64,000 nucleotides of DNA from contig JAZSKY010000054.1 of NCBI GenBank assembly GCA_045535095.1, forward strand, positions 541-64,540, read 5' to 3'. The notes below the pieces were generated by a model, which was given only the letters and a program-made list of their open reading frames with translations, made no database searches and was not told where the DNA came from. A program made the position numbers and the translations under genes. Source of the DNA: Eubacteriales bacterium. GTDB taxonomy: Bacteria > Bacillota > Clostridia > Oscillospirales > CAG-272. Shown piece after piece: positions 38,830 to 48,448 of this stretch; the stretch's first letter is position 1, and each line of letters opens with the position of its first letter.

Positions 38830-39096
38830 TTACTTAACCTTTTCGATTATTTCAACGAGACGCCATCTCTTAGTTGCGGAGAGGGGTCTTGTTTCCATAA
38901 TGAGTACCTTATCACCGACGTCGCACTGATTGTTCTCGTCGTGTGCGTGTACCTTAAGGGTGTGCTTTATGATTTTTCCGTATTTCGGATGCTTTACGTT
39001 GTCCTCGATTGCTACAACGATGGTCTTGTTCATTGCGTTGCTTACAACCTTACCAACTCTGGTCTTGCGCAGATTGCGCGCTGTCTGTTCCATCAC
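38830..39096 (-). CDS. rpsQ: 30S ribosomal protein S17
   Basis: ...[22 protein letters not shown]...HPKYGK... Confidence 0.96.
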   Translation of the reverse strand: MMEQTARNLRKTRVGKVVSNAMNKTIVVAIEDNVKHPKYGKIIKHTLKVHAHDENNQCDVGDKVLIMETRPLSATKRWRLVEIIEKVK

Positions 39097-39115
39097 GACT
39101 GTATCTCCTTCCTGC

Positions 39116-39307
39116 TCACTGAGCCTTCATTTCGTGGAGGATAGTCATAACTCTTGCGATATCCTTACGAACGTCAGCTATCTTGTGGGGATTGTCAAGT
39201 TGGTTTATAGCGTGCTTAAAGCGCAGGTTAAACAGTTCTTCTTTGAGTCCTGCAAGCTCTTTTTCGAGCTCTTCAACGCTCATCTTTCTGATTTCACTTG
39301 CCTTCAC
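39116..39307 (-). CDS. rpmC: 50S ribosomal protein L29
   Basis: [30 protein letters not shown]... Confidence 0.96.
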   Translation of the reverse strand: MKASEIRKMSVEELEKELAGLKEELFNLRFKHAINQLDNPHKIADVRKDIARVMTILHEMKAQ

Positions 39308-39309
39308 GA

Positions 39310-39741
39310 TTATCCCTCCTCAACAACATCGTTTGTTTCTTTCATAACAAACTTACACTTAATCGGCAGTTTGTGGGATGCAAGACGCATTGCTTCCTTT
39401 GCTACTTCAGGAGCAACTCCGTCCATCTCGAACATGATTCTACCGGGCTTAACTACTGCTACCCAGTACTCGGGCGAACCCTTACCGGAACCCATTCGAG
39501 TTTCAGCCGGCTTTTCAGTGATCGGCTTGTCGGGGAATATCTTGATCCATACTTTACCGCCACGGCGAATATATCTCGTCATAGCGATACGGGCTGCTTC
39601 AATCTGGTTGCTTGTGATCCATGCGGGCTCGAGTGCAACAAGACCGTAGGTACCGTAAGCTAAAGTGTTTCCGCGCGTTGCCTTACCCTTAAGTCTGCCG
39701 CGCTGAACACGTCTGTACTTAACTCTCTTCGGCATTAACAT
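39310..39741 (-). CDS. rplP: 50S ribosomal protein L16
   Basis: [25 protein letters not shown]... Confidence 0.97.
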   Translation of the reverse strand: MLMPKRVKYRRVQRGRLKGKATRGNTLAYGTYGLVALEPAWITSNQIEAARIAMTRYIRRGGKVWIKIFPDKPITEKPAETRMGSGKGSPEYWVAVVKPGRIMFEMDGVAPEVAKEAMRLASHKLPIKCKFVMKETNDVVEEG

Positions 39742-40571
39742 TATTTGTTGCCTCCCTCTTTACCAGCGTTATTTCTGCCCTGATATGCGGGACGGTTTCC
39801 CTGTCCGCGATTCTGCGTACGGTTCTGCGGGCGACGGTCTCCGTCACGACGCTCTCCGCGGCGCTCGCCGGGCTTGCGATCACGGCGATCGGGTCTTGCG
39901 GGGTTTACGTCTGTGCGGATGGTAGTAAACTTCTTCTTAACATCCGGAAGAACCTCACCCTTGAAGATCCAAACCTTGATACCGATCTTACCGTAAGTTG
40001 TGTGTGCTTCTGCAAAGCCGTACTCAATGTCAGCTCTGAGAGTCTGAAGCGGAATAGTACCCTCGTGGTACTGCTCGCTTCTTGCGATCTCGGCGCCGCC
40101 AAGACGTCCCGAGCACATGATCTTGATACCCTTTGCACCAAGACGCATGGTTCTACCGATCGCCTGCTTCATTGCACGGCGGAAGCCGATTCTGCGTTCG
40201 ATCTGCGATGCGATCGACTCTGCAACGAGCTGTGCGTTAAGGTCGGGCTGTCTTACTTCGATTACGTTAACCGAAGCGGGCTTGCCTGCCATCTTTTCGA
40301 TCTCTGCTTTGATCTTTTCGATCTCTGCTCCACCCTTACCGATAACGGTACCGGGCTTTGCGCAGTAGATGAATACTCTGATTCTGGATGCGTCGCGCTC
40401 GATTTCAACCTTCGGAACGCCGCTTCCCTTGAATTTGTCCAGAATGTACTTTCTGATGTTGTAGTCGGATACGAGAGTATCGCCGAACTTTTCATCTTTC
40501 TCGAACCATCTGGAATCCCAGTTCTTTATAACTCCGACACGAAGACCGTGCGGATTAACTTTCTGACCCAT
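39741..40571 (-). CDS. rpsC: 30S ribosomal protein S3 (with ~55-aa Arg/Gly/Asn-rich C-terminal extension)
   Basis: [23 protein letters not shown]... and the KH domain are present. The tail is ...[36 protein letters not shown]... Confidence 0.97.
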   Translation of the reverse strand: MGQKVNPHGLRVGVIKNWDSRWFEKDEKFGDTLVSDYNIRKYILDKFKGSGVPKVEIERDASRIRVFIYCAKPGTVIGKGGAEIEKIKAEIEKMAGKPASVNVIEVRQPDLNAQLVAESIASQIERRIGFRRAMKQAIGRTMRLGAKGIKIMCSGRLGGAEIARSEQYHEGTIPLQTLRADIEYGFAEAHTTYGKIGIKVWIFKGEVLPDVKKKFTTIRTDVNPARPDRRDRKPGERRGERRDGDRRPQNRTQNRGQGNRPAYQGRNNAGKEGGNK

Positions 40572-40592
40572 TCAGCATTAACCTCCTTCTAA

Positions 40593-40925
40593 TTATTTCT
40601 CTTTTACAGCGATGGTGATGTGACTGGTTCTCTTAAGGAGACGGTCATATCCGCCTCTACCTCTTGCCTGACCTCTCTTAAGAGTAGGTCCGGGGCATAC
40701 GAAGCACTGCGAAACGTAGAGAGCATCAGTATTCATCTGGAAATTGTGCTCTGCGTTTGCAACTGCGCTCTTGAGGAGCTTAGCAACCAGCGGGGATGCA
40801 CCCTTCGGTGTATGATTGAGGATAGCCATTGCTTCCTTGACGTTTTTTCCACGGATAAGGTCGAGAACGTACTGAACCTTACGGGGGGTAATTCTCACAA
40901 ATTTGAGATATGCTTTTGCTTCCAT
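40593..40925 (-). CDS. rplV: 50S ribosomal protein L22
   Basis: [27 protein letters not shown]... Confidence 0.97.
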   Translation of the reverse strand: MEAKAYLKFVRITPRKVQYVLDLIRGKNVKEAMAILNHTPKGASPLVAKLLKSAVANAEHNFQMNTDALYVSQCFVCPGPTLKRGQARGRGGYDRLLKRTSHITIAVKEK

Positions 40926-40947
40926 TGTTCAAACTTCCTCCCTTCAA

Positions 40948-41223
40948 TTATCTCTTAGTGGTCTTAGATCCGGCGTGACCCTTGAAGGTTCTGGTCGGAG
41001 CGAACTCACCAAGCTTGTGTCCTACCATATCCTCGATGATGTACACCGGGATATGCTTTCTGCCGTCGTGTACGGCAATCGTGTGTCCGACGAAGTCGGG
41101 GTAAATTGTGGAGGCTCTCGACCAGGTCTTGAGAACTTTCTTTTCGCCGCTCTCGTTCATGGCCACAATGCGCTTATAAAGCTTTGCCTCTACATAAGGG
41201 CTCTTTTTCAGGCTTCTGCTCAT
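40948..41223 (-). CDS. rpsS: 30S ribosomal protein S19
   Basis: [15 protein letters not shown]...[11 protein letters not shown]... Confidence 0.97.
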   Translation of the reverse strand: MSRSLKKSPYVEAKLYKRIVAMNESGEKKVLKTWSRASTIYPDFVGHTIAVHDGRKHIPVYIIEDMVGHKLGEFAPTRTFKGHAGSKTTKR

Positions 41224-41240
41224 TTATCTATGCCTCCTTC

Positions 41241-42071
41241 TTATTTGCCGTTCTTGTGTTTAACAATGAACTTTTCGGTTCTTGCCTTCTTGTTTCTCGT
41301 CTTATATCCGAGAGCAGGCTTGCCCCAAGGTGTTACAGGGCCCGGACGACCTATGGGAGATCTTCCTTCACCACCACCGTGCGGGTGATCGCAGGGGTTC
41401 ATTACAGATCCGCGTACGGTAGGACGAATGCCCATGTGGCGCTTTCTACCTGCCTTACCGATCTTAACCGTATCGTGTTCAATGTTACCTACCTGACCGA
41501 TAGTTGCCTTGCAGTCAAGTCTGATAAGTCTAACTTCACCGGAGGGAAGTCTGACCTGTGCCATTCCGTTTTCCTTTGCCATGAGCTGTGCAGCTGCGCC
41601 CGCGCTACGAACGAGCTGACCGCCCTTTCCGGGGTAGATCTCAATGTTGTGAATGAAGATACCAACGGGAATGTTAGCAATAGGAAGAGTGTTACCGGGC
41701 TTGATGTCTGCGCCGGCGCCGTTTTCGATAACGTCGCCGTCGGTTACACCTGCGGGAGCGATGATGTAGCTCTTCTTCTTATCTTCATACTCAACGAGAG
41801 CGATATAAGACGTTCTGTTAGGATCGTACTCAACTCCGATAACGGTTGCCTTAGCGTCGTTTGCGCGCTTGAAGTCGATAATTCTGTACTTCTGTCTGTT
41901 TCCGCCGCCCTTGTGACGAACGGTGATTCTACCGTAGCTGTTACGGCCTGCGTGCTTCTTCTGTACGTCGAGAAGGCTCTTCTCGGGAGTCTTTTTGGTA
42001 ACCTCGTCAAACGAGGGAACCGACATCTGTCTGCGACCCGGAGTAGTAGGCTTATAAAGTTTTGCTGCCAT
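41241..42071 (-). CDS. rplB: 50S ribosomal protein L2
   Basis: ...[22 protein letters not shown]...[13 protein letters not shown]... Confidence 0.97.
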   Translation of the reverse strand: MAAKLYKPTTPGRRQMSVPSFDEVTKKTPEKSLLDVQKKHAGRNSYGRITVRHKGGGNRQKYRIIDFKRANDAKATVIGVEYDPNRTSYIALVEYEDKKKSYIIAPAGVTDGDVIENGAGADIKPGNTLPIANIPVGIFIHNIEIYPGKGGQLVRSAGAAAQLMAKENGMAQVRLPSGEVRLIRLDCKATIGQVGNIEHDTVKIGKAGRKRHMGIRPTVRGSVMNPCDHPHGGGEGRSPIGRPGPVTPWGKPALGYKTRNKKARTEKFIVKHKNGK

Positions 42072-42085
42072 TTCTGTACTCCTCC

Positions 42086-42379
42086 TTAAATCATGCCGTC
42101 GAAGAACTCAATGGTCTTGGAGTCTGCTGTAAGAGTTACAACAGCCTTCTTCCACTCGGAGGTGTATCCGGAGTGAACACCGAGTCTCTTGGGCTTCTTC
42201 TTCATGTTGATGGTGTTAACGCTTGCAACCTTTACCTTGAAGATCTCTTCAACTGCGCTTGCAATTTCGGGCTTAGTTGCGTCCTTCTTTACCTTGAAGG
42301 TATATTTCTTGCTTTCAAGACCGTCCATGCTCGCTTCGGTTACGACGGGAGCAAGAATGATATCGTATGCGGTTTTCAT
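42086..42379 (-). CDS. rplW: 50S ribosomal protein L23
   Basis: [18 protein letters not shown]...KYTFKV. Confidence 0.96.
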   Translation of the reverse strand: MKTAYDIILAPVVTEASMDGLESKKYTFKVKKDATKPEIASAVEEIFKVKVASVNTINMKKKPKRLGVHSGYTSEWKKAVVTLTADSKTIEFFDGMI

Positions 42380-43002
42380 TATGCATATACCTCCTCGATA
42401 GTTTTGATAGCGACCTGATCTGCAACTACGGTGTCGCAGTTGATGAGATCATATACGCTGATGATGGTCGAAGGCGTGGTCTTTACGCCGGGAATGTTAT
42501 CAAAGGACTTAACTACCTTCTTGTCGTTCTCAGAGAGAATAACGAGCGACTTCTTGCCTGCGCCGATAGCGCTGAGCATGTTCACCATAGTCTTGGTGCT
42601 GAACTCTTCGGTAGCGATCTTGTCCACGATTATCATTTCGTTTGCTGCAACCTTGGAGGAGAGCGCGCTGATAATAGCAACTCTCTTGGTCTTCTTATTC
42701 ATATCTACGCGATAGCTTCTGGGCTTCGGACCGAGAGCGATACCGCCGTGTGTCCACTGAGGAGAACGGGTCGATCCCTGTCTTGCTCTGCCGCTACCCT
42801 TCTGGCGCCAAGGCTTCTTACCGCCACCCGAAACCTCGGAACGGGTCTTGGTGGACTGAGTGCCCTGTCTCTGATTGAGAAGGTAGCTTCTTACTGCTGC
42901 GTGAAGAACCGCTGCATTGGGCTCTGCTGCAAATACTGCATCAGAAAGCTCGATGGTGCCGACTTCCTTGCCGGTCATATCAACTATTTTCATGTTTGGC
43001 AT
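42379..43002 (-). CDS. rplD: 50S ribosomal protein L4
   Basis: ...TKTRSEVSGGGKKPWRQKGSGRARQGSTRSPQW. Confidence 0.97.
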   Translation of the reverse strand: MPNMKIVDMTGKEVGTIELSDAVFAAEPNAAVLHAAVRSYLLNQRQGTQSTKTRSEVSGGGKKPWRQKGSGRARQGSTRSPQWTHGGIALGPKPRSYRVDMNKKTKRVAIISALSSKVAANEMIIVDKIATEEFSTKTMVNMLSAIGAGKKSLVILSENDKKVVKSFDNIPGVKTTPSTIISVYDLINCDTVVADQVAIKTIEEVYA

Positions 43003-43021
43003 CGTAATTTCCTACCTTTCG

Positions 43022-43666
43022 TTAAGATTTAACCGTATTACGAATGAATACGATACCGCCGCGTGCTCCGGGAACTGCGCCCTTTACCGCGATTATATTC
43101 TTTTCTGCGTCGATCTTTGCGATGTCGAGGTTGAGAACAGTTACCTGCTCGTTACCGTACTGACCTGCCATCTTCTTGTTCTTGAAGATTCTGGCGGGGT
43201 CGATAACACCCATAGATCCGGACTGACGGTGAACAGGTCCGACACCGTGAGTCATTCTAAGCTTGTGAAGGTTCCATCTCTTGATAGCACCGGTGTATCC
43301 ATGACCCTTGGTGATGCCGGTAACGTCGACCTTTTCACCTGCTGCAAAGATGTCAGCGGTGACGGTATCGCCGATTTTGTATCCGGAAATGTCATCAAGA
43401 CGGAATTCCTTAAGGTGCTTCTTGGGCTGGAGATCATTCTTCTTGAAGTGTCCGAGTGCAGGCTTGTTTGCCTTGTACTCACCCTTCTTGGTCTGTGCGA
43501 TAGCCTCAAAACCGAGCTGGATAGCTTCGTATCCGTCAGTGTCGAGGGTCTTGACCTGCGATACTACGCAAGGTCCTGCTTCAATTACGGTTACCGGAAT
43601 GACGTTTCCCTTTTCATCGAAGATCTGCGTCATACCGATCTTTTTGCCTATAATGGCCTTTTTCAT
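43022..43666 (-). CDS. rplC: 50S ribosomal protein L3
   Basis: MKKAIIGKKIGMTQIFDEKGNVIPVTVIEAGPC... Confidence 0.97.
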   Translation of the reverse strand: MKKAIIGKKIGMTQIFDEKGNVIPVTVIEAGPCVVSQVKTLDTDGYEAIQLGFEAIAQTKKGEYKANKPALGHFKKNDLQPKKHLKEFRLDDISGYKIGDTVTADIFAAGEKVDVTGITKGHGYTGAIKRWNLHKLRMTHGVGPVHRQSGSMGVIDPARIFKNKKMAGQYGNEQVTVLNLDIAKIDAEKNIIAVKGAVPGARGGIVFIRNTVKS

Positions 43667-43745
43667 TGTTTTTTCCTCCTGTTTTAGTTATTGGTTGACT
43701 TGTTTGCCAACATGACATAAAACTTTCGAGAGACGAGTAAACCGA

Positions 43746-44057
43746 TTAGAGTTTGATTTCGATTTCTACGCCTGCGGGAAGTTCAAGACTCGTAAGCGCC
43801 GCAACTGCCTTCTGCGAGGGCTTTATTATGTCGATGAGTCTCTTGTGAGTTCTGGTCTCAAACTGCTCACGGCTGTCCTTGTACTTATGAACAGCGCGAA
43901 GAATGGTGACGATCTCCTTATCGGTGGGAAGCGGGATAGGTCCGGAAACCTCTGCGCCGTTTCTCTTAGCGGTCTCGACGATCTTCTCAGCCGCCTGATC
44001 GATAAGTGCGTGGTCATAACTCTTGAGTCTGATTCTGATCTTCTCTTTAACTGCCAC
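43746..44057 (-). CDS. rpsJ: 30S ribosomal protein S10
   Basis: [27 protein letters not shown]... GTG start with AAGGAGG RBS. First gene of the operon. Confidence 0.97.
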   Translation of the reverse strand: MAVKEKIRIRLKSYDHALIDQAAEKIVETAKRNGAEVSGPIPLPTDKEIVTILRAVHKYKDSREQFETRTHKRLIDIIKPSQKAVAALTSLELPAGVEIEIKL

Positions 44058-44317
44058 TTGCTTTTTTCCTCCTTATTTAATGTTAAGCAGGGCGGACTTC
44101 GTTACACTCTGCCGTGTGTTTCCAAACCTTCCTTGCTTTAATCCGAATCCATACGATGCAACTCTTTCGCATAAAATTCGGAAAATCACTCAAAATAGTT
44201 TGTAAACGCGCTCAAAATGCTCCAAAGTGCCGTTTCGCCCGATTGATACGGACATACTCCGGCAGAATTACCCGCATATTTGCGGCAACCTCTGCCATCA
44301 GCGCATCAAGCTCGGAC

Positions 44318-44347
44318 ATTATATCACATTCTTATTATATTTGTCAA
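44318..44347 (-). promoter_or_regulatory. putative sigma-A promoter of the S10-spc-alpha operon
   Basis: Minus strand reads TTGACA, 18-nt spacer, TATAAT, with TGa just upstream of the -10 box. It lies about 260 nt upstream of the rpsJ start. Confidence 0.5.
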
Positions 44348-44556
44348 TATTCTCCTTGAATTTTTTTGCTAAAAAACGCCCTTGTTAACAGAATATTTAC
44401 AATTTTTATCGCTTTTGCCTAAATTTTTAATGATTTTTTGTGCTTTTCGGAGAATTTCGAGACGTCACAAAGGACGTGCGCAACAGACGATACGTGCAAA
44501 TTCGACCCAAAATCTGAAAATATTTACTTTTTTTACCAATTTTTCCAAAAAAGGTA

Positions 44557-44586
44557 TTGACATTTGGGGTCGATATGTGTTATATT
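44557..44586 (+). promoter_or_regulatory. putative sigma-A promoter of abrB
   Basis: TTGACA (44557), 18-nt spacer, TATATT (44581), with TGt extended -10. About 40 nt upstream of the abrB ATG. Confidence 0.55.
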
Positions 44587-44628
44587 ATGTAATAGAAACC
44601 CCATTATCGGAGGAAGGAGTGAATTAAA

Positions 44629-44868
44629 ATGAAAGCAACAGGAATTGTGAGAAAGATCGACTCTCTCGGAAGAATCGTGCTGCCGATAGAGATCAGAGAT
44701 ACGCTTGATATCAAGGAAAGAGATCCGCTCGAGATATTTGTGGACGGCGACAGCATCATCTTAAAGAAGTACGCTCCCACCTGCATCTTCTGTGACTCGA
44801 CCGACGATCTCACTCTTTACAAGGGCAAGCTCATCTGTCCCAGATGCATAAACGATCTTGCAAAATAA
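44629..44868 (+). CDS. abrB: AbrB/SpoVT-family transition-state regulator with C-terminal CxxC...CxxC
   Basis: MKATGIVRKIDSLGRIVLPIEIRDTLDIKERDPLEIFVDGDSIILKKY is near-canonical for the AbrB N-domain. The tail is CIFCDS...CPRC. Confidence 0.85.
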   Translation: MKATGIVRKIDSLGRIVLPIEIRDTLDIKERDPLEIFVDGDSIILKKYAPTCIFCDSTDDLTLYKGKLICPRCINDLAK

Positions 44869-44875
44869 AAAAATC

Positions 44876-44903
44876 GGGCGGACGAAAAACTCGTCCGCCT
44901 TTC
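44876..44903 (+). terminator. terminator after abrB
   Basis: ggcggacga-aaaac-tcgtccgcc followed by ttt. Confidence 0.55.
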
Positions 44904-44978
44904 ACGTATATATATAATATATAATAAAAGGAAGAGTTTCGTCCGAAAAAGACGGTCTCATCACCGAAAGGACAAAAA

Positions 44979-45659
44979 ATGAACAGACCCGTAACCACAC
45001 TTTTTATGCTCTCGTCCCTTGACGGAAAGATCAGCACGGGAGAGAGTGACGAGCGCGACGTTGACAAGGACTTCCCAAAAATCGAGGGCGTGCGCGAGGG
45101 ACTGCACCAGTATTACGAGATCGAGCAGACCACGGATCTGTGGTCGCTGAACTCGGGGCGCACGCAGGCGAAGATCGGAGTCAACGAGAGAGAGCTTCCC
45201 AAAAAGACGGTCGTCTCCTTCGTTGTGATAGACAATCACCACTTAAAAGAGAGCGGAGTGAGATACTTCTCTGCTCTTTCAAAGGAGTTCGTTCTCATCA
45301 CAACGAACAAGGATCACCCCGCGTTTTATGTCAAGGAAAGCAACGTTCACATCATATATCAGGATAAATTATCGCTCAAAGACGCGCTTGAAATCCTCTG
45401 CAACGATTTCAGATGCGAGCGTATCACTCTGCAAAGCGGAGGCACTTTGAACTCGCTTTTCCTTCGTGAAAAGCTTATAGACTACGTCGATATCGTTGTC
45501 GCGCCGATCCTCGTTGGAGGCAAAAATACGCCCACTCTGATAGACGGAAATCCGATCTCAAGCGAGGAGGATCTGTCCTCGCTTGGAGTGCTTGAGCTGA
45601 CAAGCTGCACAGTGCTTGAAAACTCATATTTACGCCTTAATTACCGAGTAAAACGATAA
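44979..45659 (+). CDS. RibD C-terminal domain / dihydrofolate-reductase-like family protein
   Basis: The N-terminus has MLSSLDGKISTG, and the later GG.L motif (LQSGGTLNSLFL) is typical of the RibD_C fold. Confidence 0.7.
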   Translation: MNRPVTTLFMLSSLDGKISTGESDERDVDKDFPKIEGVREGLHQYYEIEQTTDLWSLNSGRTQAKIGVNERELPKKTVVSFVVIDNHHLKESGVRYFSALSKEFVLITTNKDHPAFYVKESNVHIIYQDKLSLKDALEILCNDFRCERITLQSGGTLNSLFLREKLIDYVDIVVAPILVGGKNTPTLIDGNPISSEEDLSSLGVLELTSCTVLENSYLRLNYRVKR

Positions 45660-45719
45660 ACAAAAAATGCCCCGACGGATCTTTTTGACCCGCCGGGGAT
45701 TATTATTTACTGTGATATT

Positions 45720-46774
45720 TTACGCCTTTTTCTTCTTGCCGAAAATGATAGCGAGGATCGCACCGATGATAAGTCCTGCTGCTGCAATAATTATTATAAC
45801 AGTTTTGTCCATCTTAACCTTCACGTCAGTAGGCTCATCTGCGCCGCCGATGTTCGATTCGCCGCTCGATGCACCGTTATCGGTGTTACCAACGTTAGGT
45901 CTAAGATCGTCGTTATCGGTGTTTCCGGGGTTGCTTCCGGTATTATCACCGGTATTGTCGCCGGTGTTATCGCCTGTATTATCACCGGGCTCGTTGGGAG
46001 TATCGGGAGTTTCCTGTGCCGGGGTGATCTCAACGGCGTATATCTTGGTAGGAACGTGGAATCCGTTTCCTACGCGTACACCGAACTCGCCGCCGAAGGG
46101 TACGCAGGAGCCTGCCGCTCTATCCATAGCCGATATGTGGAGATCGTCAACAAACACCTTTACCGCGCCGTCTGCGGTGAACTCAACGGTAAGCTTGACC
46201 TTGCCGTCTGCCTTTGCGGTAGTCCAGTCGTCACCAAGCTGTGTCTTGAGGCTGATATCCTTGATAGCCGCAGGGAACTTGTCAGCAGTACCCTGCCAGC
46301 CGTTCTGAACGCGCGCGATTCTGAGGTTTTCGCCCGTGAACATTACTACGTAGTAGCAGGACGCGTTCTCTACCGCGTTTATAGTGCTTCCCGTAGCCTC
46401 GGCAATTCCGCGTCCGCCGAAGATGATTGCGGTGTCGTTTGCCCCCAGTCGTCGCTGCCGTCTGGTTTTTTATTCGGTACTGCGCGCTTTGCGAAAATAC
46501 TCTCTGTATCAAACGTAACAGCTATGGTAGCCGAAGTATATTCGCCGCCATACATTACCTGTCTTACGTGGTTTTTGTTGGTTACAGATACAGGCTTGCT
46601 CGAATCATACGCCTTGATGGAAAATACTCCGCCGTCAAGCGCCTAGATAGATACTACCTTGGCAGTCCAATCGGCAATTTCGCCTCCGTCACCGGTTGCC
46701 GCATTCACTCCTGCAGGGATAGCGCAGAAAATGAAGGTCAGCACGAGCATAATGCTCAGAATTCTCTTTTTCAT
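45720..46774 (-). pseudogene. disrupted gene for a secreted, C-terminally membrane-anchored LamG/DUF1080-like surface protein (in-frame TAG plus frameshift)
   Basis: ATG 46774 with RBS AAAGGAGAA and signal peptide MKKRILSIMLVLTFIFCAIPAGVNA. TAG at 46645..46643 follows codon 43. The frame continues (ALDGGVFSIKAYDSS...PDGSDDWG) until a C5 run at 46442-46446 (G5 on the coding strand). One extra G would join it to the tracked ORF 45720..46343 (...ANDTAIIFGGRG...MFTGENLRIARV...), which ends with a (GDNT)n linker and a TM anchor. Confidence 0.7.
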
Positions 46775-46913
46775 AATTTTCTCCTTTAATTATAGCTTTG
46801 GGTTTCCCCTTCGTATATTATACCATAAATATATTTAGTCAATATTTTTAGGCTATGTCACATCATTTTTGGCGTTTTGAAAAAACGAAGGGGCGAATTT
46901 TGTACATTTCATA

Positions 46914-46953
46914 CAAAAAAATGACCGAAAGCGTCAAAAACACCTTCGGTCAA
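46914..46953 (-). terminator. terminator after the ThrE-family pair
   Basis: Minus strand: gaccgaagg...ctttcggtc hairpin followed by a T7 run. Confidence 0.55.
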
Positions 46954-46968
46954 GGGTAAAATCCCCAT

Positions 46969-47466
46969 TTATTTTGAATTTTCGTCGCCTTCCTCAAACA
47001 TTTTCATTCGGTAAGGAAGATGGTATTTTCCTCTCGTCACAAGACTCGAGCGAGCTATTATGTGTACGACTGCAACCGCTATCGCGATAGCTCCTGCGAT
47101 AAATCCCGTATTTGCCGCGTGAACACCGAAGCCTGCGTGGTCACCCTGAACGAGACAGTACATACTGTTATAAAGTCCGACTCCCGGAACGAGCGGAATG
47201 ATTCCCGGGAAAATGAATACAGTTGACGGCTTTTTGTATATTCTCGCGCATATTTCGGAGGCTACCGAGATAAATACGGTCGCAACGAAATAGGCAAGTA
47301 TCTCGCGTCCCGACCCGACAAATATGAGTCTGTACATAACGTAAGCAAGTCCGCTTATCACAGACGAGCATACGACAGTCTTTCTCGGTGTGTTGATAAG
47401 CACGCAAAAGGCAAGGACCGCTCCGACGCAGAGGAGAAATTCGGTAATAGCAGATAAAAAGGTCAT
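46969..47466 (-). CDS. threonine/serine exporter family protein, small subunit (DUF3815/ThrE_2)
   Basis: 165-aa protein with 5 TM segments. Its ATG overlaps the upstream stop (ATGA-type coupling). This is the typical YjjB-like partner of the DUF1212 protein. Confidence 0.75.
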   Translation of the reverse strand: MTFLSAITEFLLCVGAVLAFCVLINTPRKTVVCSSVISGLAYVMYRLIFVGSGREILAYFVATVFISVASEICARIYKKPSTVFIFPGIIPLVPGVGLYNSMYCLVQGDHAGFGVHAANTGFIAGAIAIAVAVVHIIARSSLVTRGKYHLPYRMKMFEEGDENSK

Positions 47467-48236
47467 CAGACGACACCTCCCATCGAGATATACGCACTAA
47501 GCACGATACCGACTCCCGCCGCTATCGCAACTGCAACGAGAAGGGCCTCAACGAGCCTTGCCGCACCTGCTATAAGGTCGCCCATAACGCTGTCTCTTAT
47601 CGCGCCCGTCAGCATAAGTCCTGGTAGTATCGGCATCGTTGCGCCGACTACTATACAGCCGATATTTCCCATTTTGAAGATGGTCGTAAAGGCTACCGCG
47701 CACAGCGCAATAGTTGCTCCGCCGATGAAGCTGAAGGCGAAATTATATATGCTCGTATATCTGAAAAGGCAGGATATGAGACGTATCAAAAATCCCGCAA
47801 CGAAGGCAACAATTCCGTCAAAGAGGCTTCCTCCGAAAAGCACCGCAAAAAGGGCGGCGGCAACAGCCGACGCAAAGAGTGTAAGCACCTTTTTCGGGCC
47901 CTTTCTTTTTGAAAGAGCCTTCAGAGCCTCATACGCCTCGTCAAGCGTCATCTCACCCTTTACAAATCTTCTCGTGATGCCGTTAGCCTCGGCGAGCTTA
48001 TAGAGGTCCGTACCTCTTTTGTTTATTCTTTTTATGATAGTCTGCTTTTCCTCTCCGATTCCGACGGTCATAAATATTCCCGTAGGAAAGGCTATCGCAG
48101 AGACATCATTACATCCGCCTGCCATACAGAAATTGACGACAGTCTCCTCAACTCTGAAGGTCTCGCCTCCGTTTTCGAGTATGAGTATTCCCGCAAGCAG
48201 AGCCGCGTCTGTCAGTATTTGTGCGCTATGCTCCAT
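47466..48236 (-). CDS. threonine/serine exporter family protein (ThrE/DUF1212, YjjP-like)
   Basis: N-terminal soluble part (ILENGGETFRVEETV), then 5 TM segments. Paired with the DUF3815 gene. Confidence 0.78.
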   Translation of the reverse strand: MEHSAQILTDAALLAGILILENGGETFRVEETVVNFCMAGGCNDVSAIAFPTGIFMTVGIGEEKQTIIKRINKRGTDLYKLAEANGITRRFVKGEMTLDEAYEALKALSKRKGPKKVLTLFASAVAAALFAVLFGGSLFDGIVAFVAGFLIRLISCLFRYTSIYNFAFSFIGGATIALCAVAFTTIFKMGNIGCIVVGATMPILPGLMLTGAIRDSVMGDLIAGAARLVEALLVAVAIAAGVGIVLSAYISMGGVV

Positions 48237-48366
48237 CAGGCACGCCTCCTTTAGTTTTTGACGCCACCATTATACACCGAGATTTCAAAAAAATAAAGGG
48301 GTTTTGCAAAAAAAGTTGCTCTCTTAAATATTTCCCAAGATTTTCAACATTTTTGCGCGATAAAAC

Positions 48367-48395
48367 TTGACAAAAACAATAAAATATAGTATTAT
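48367..48395 (+). promoter_or_regulatory. putative sigma-A promoter of yicC-remA-rpoZ
   Basis: TTGACA, 17-nt spacer, TATTAT. Confidence 0.5.
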
Positions 48396-48448
48396 AAATA
48401 TGTATGTTGATTTTCAGCGTATAAGTGAAAATTGAAAGAGACGTTTTT

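Noticed and set aside
46643-46645. In-frame TAG considered as pyrrolysine or programmed readthrough.
   Set aside because: No pyl genes or a PYLIS-like context are visible in the window. The same gene also carries a frameshift, so simple decay or an error is the economical reading.
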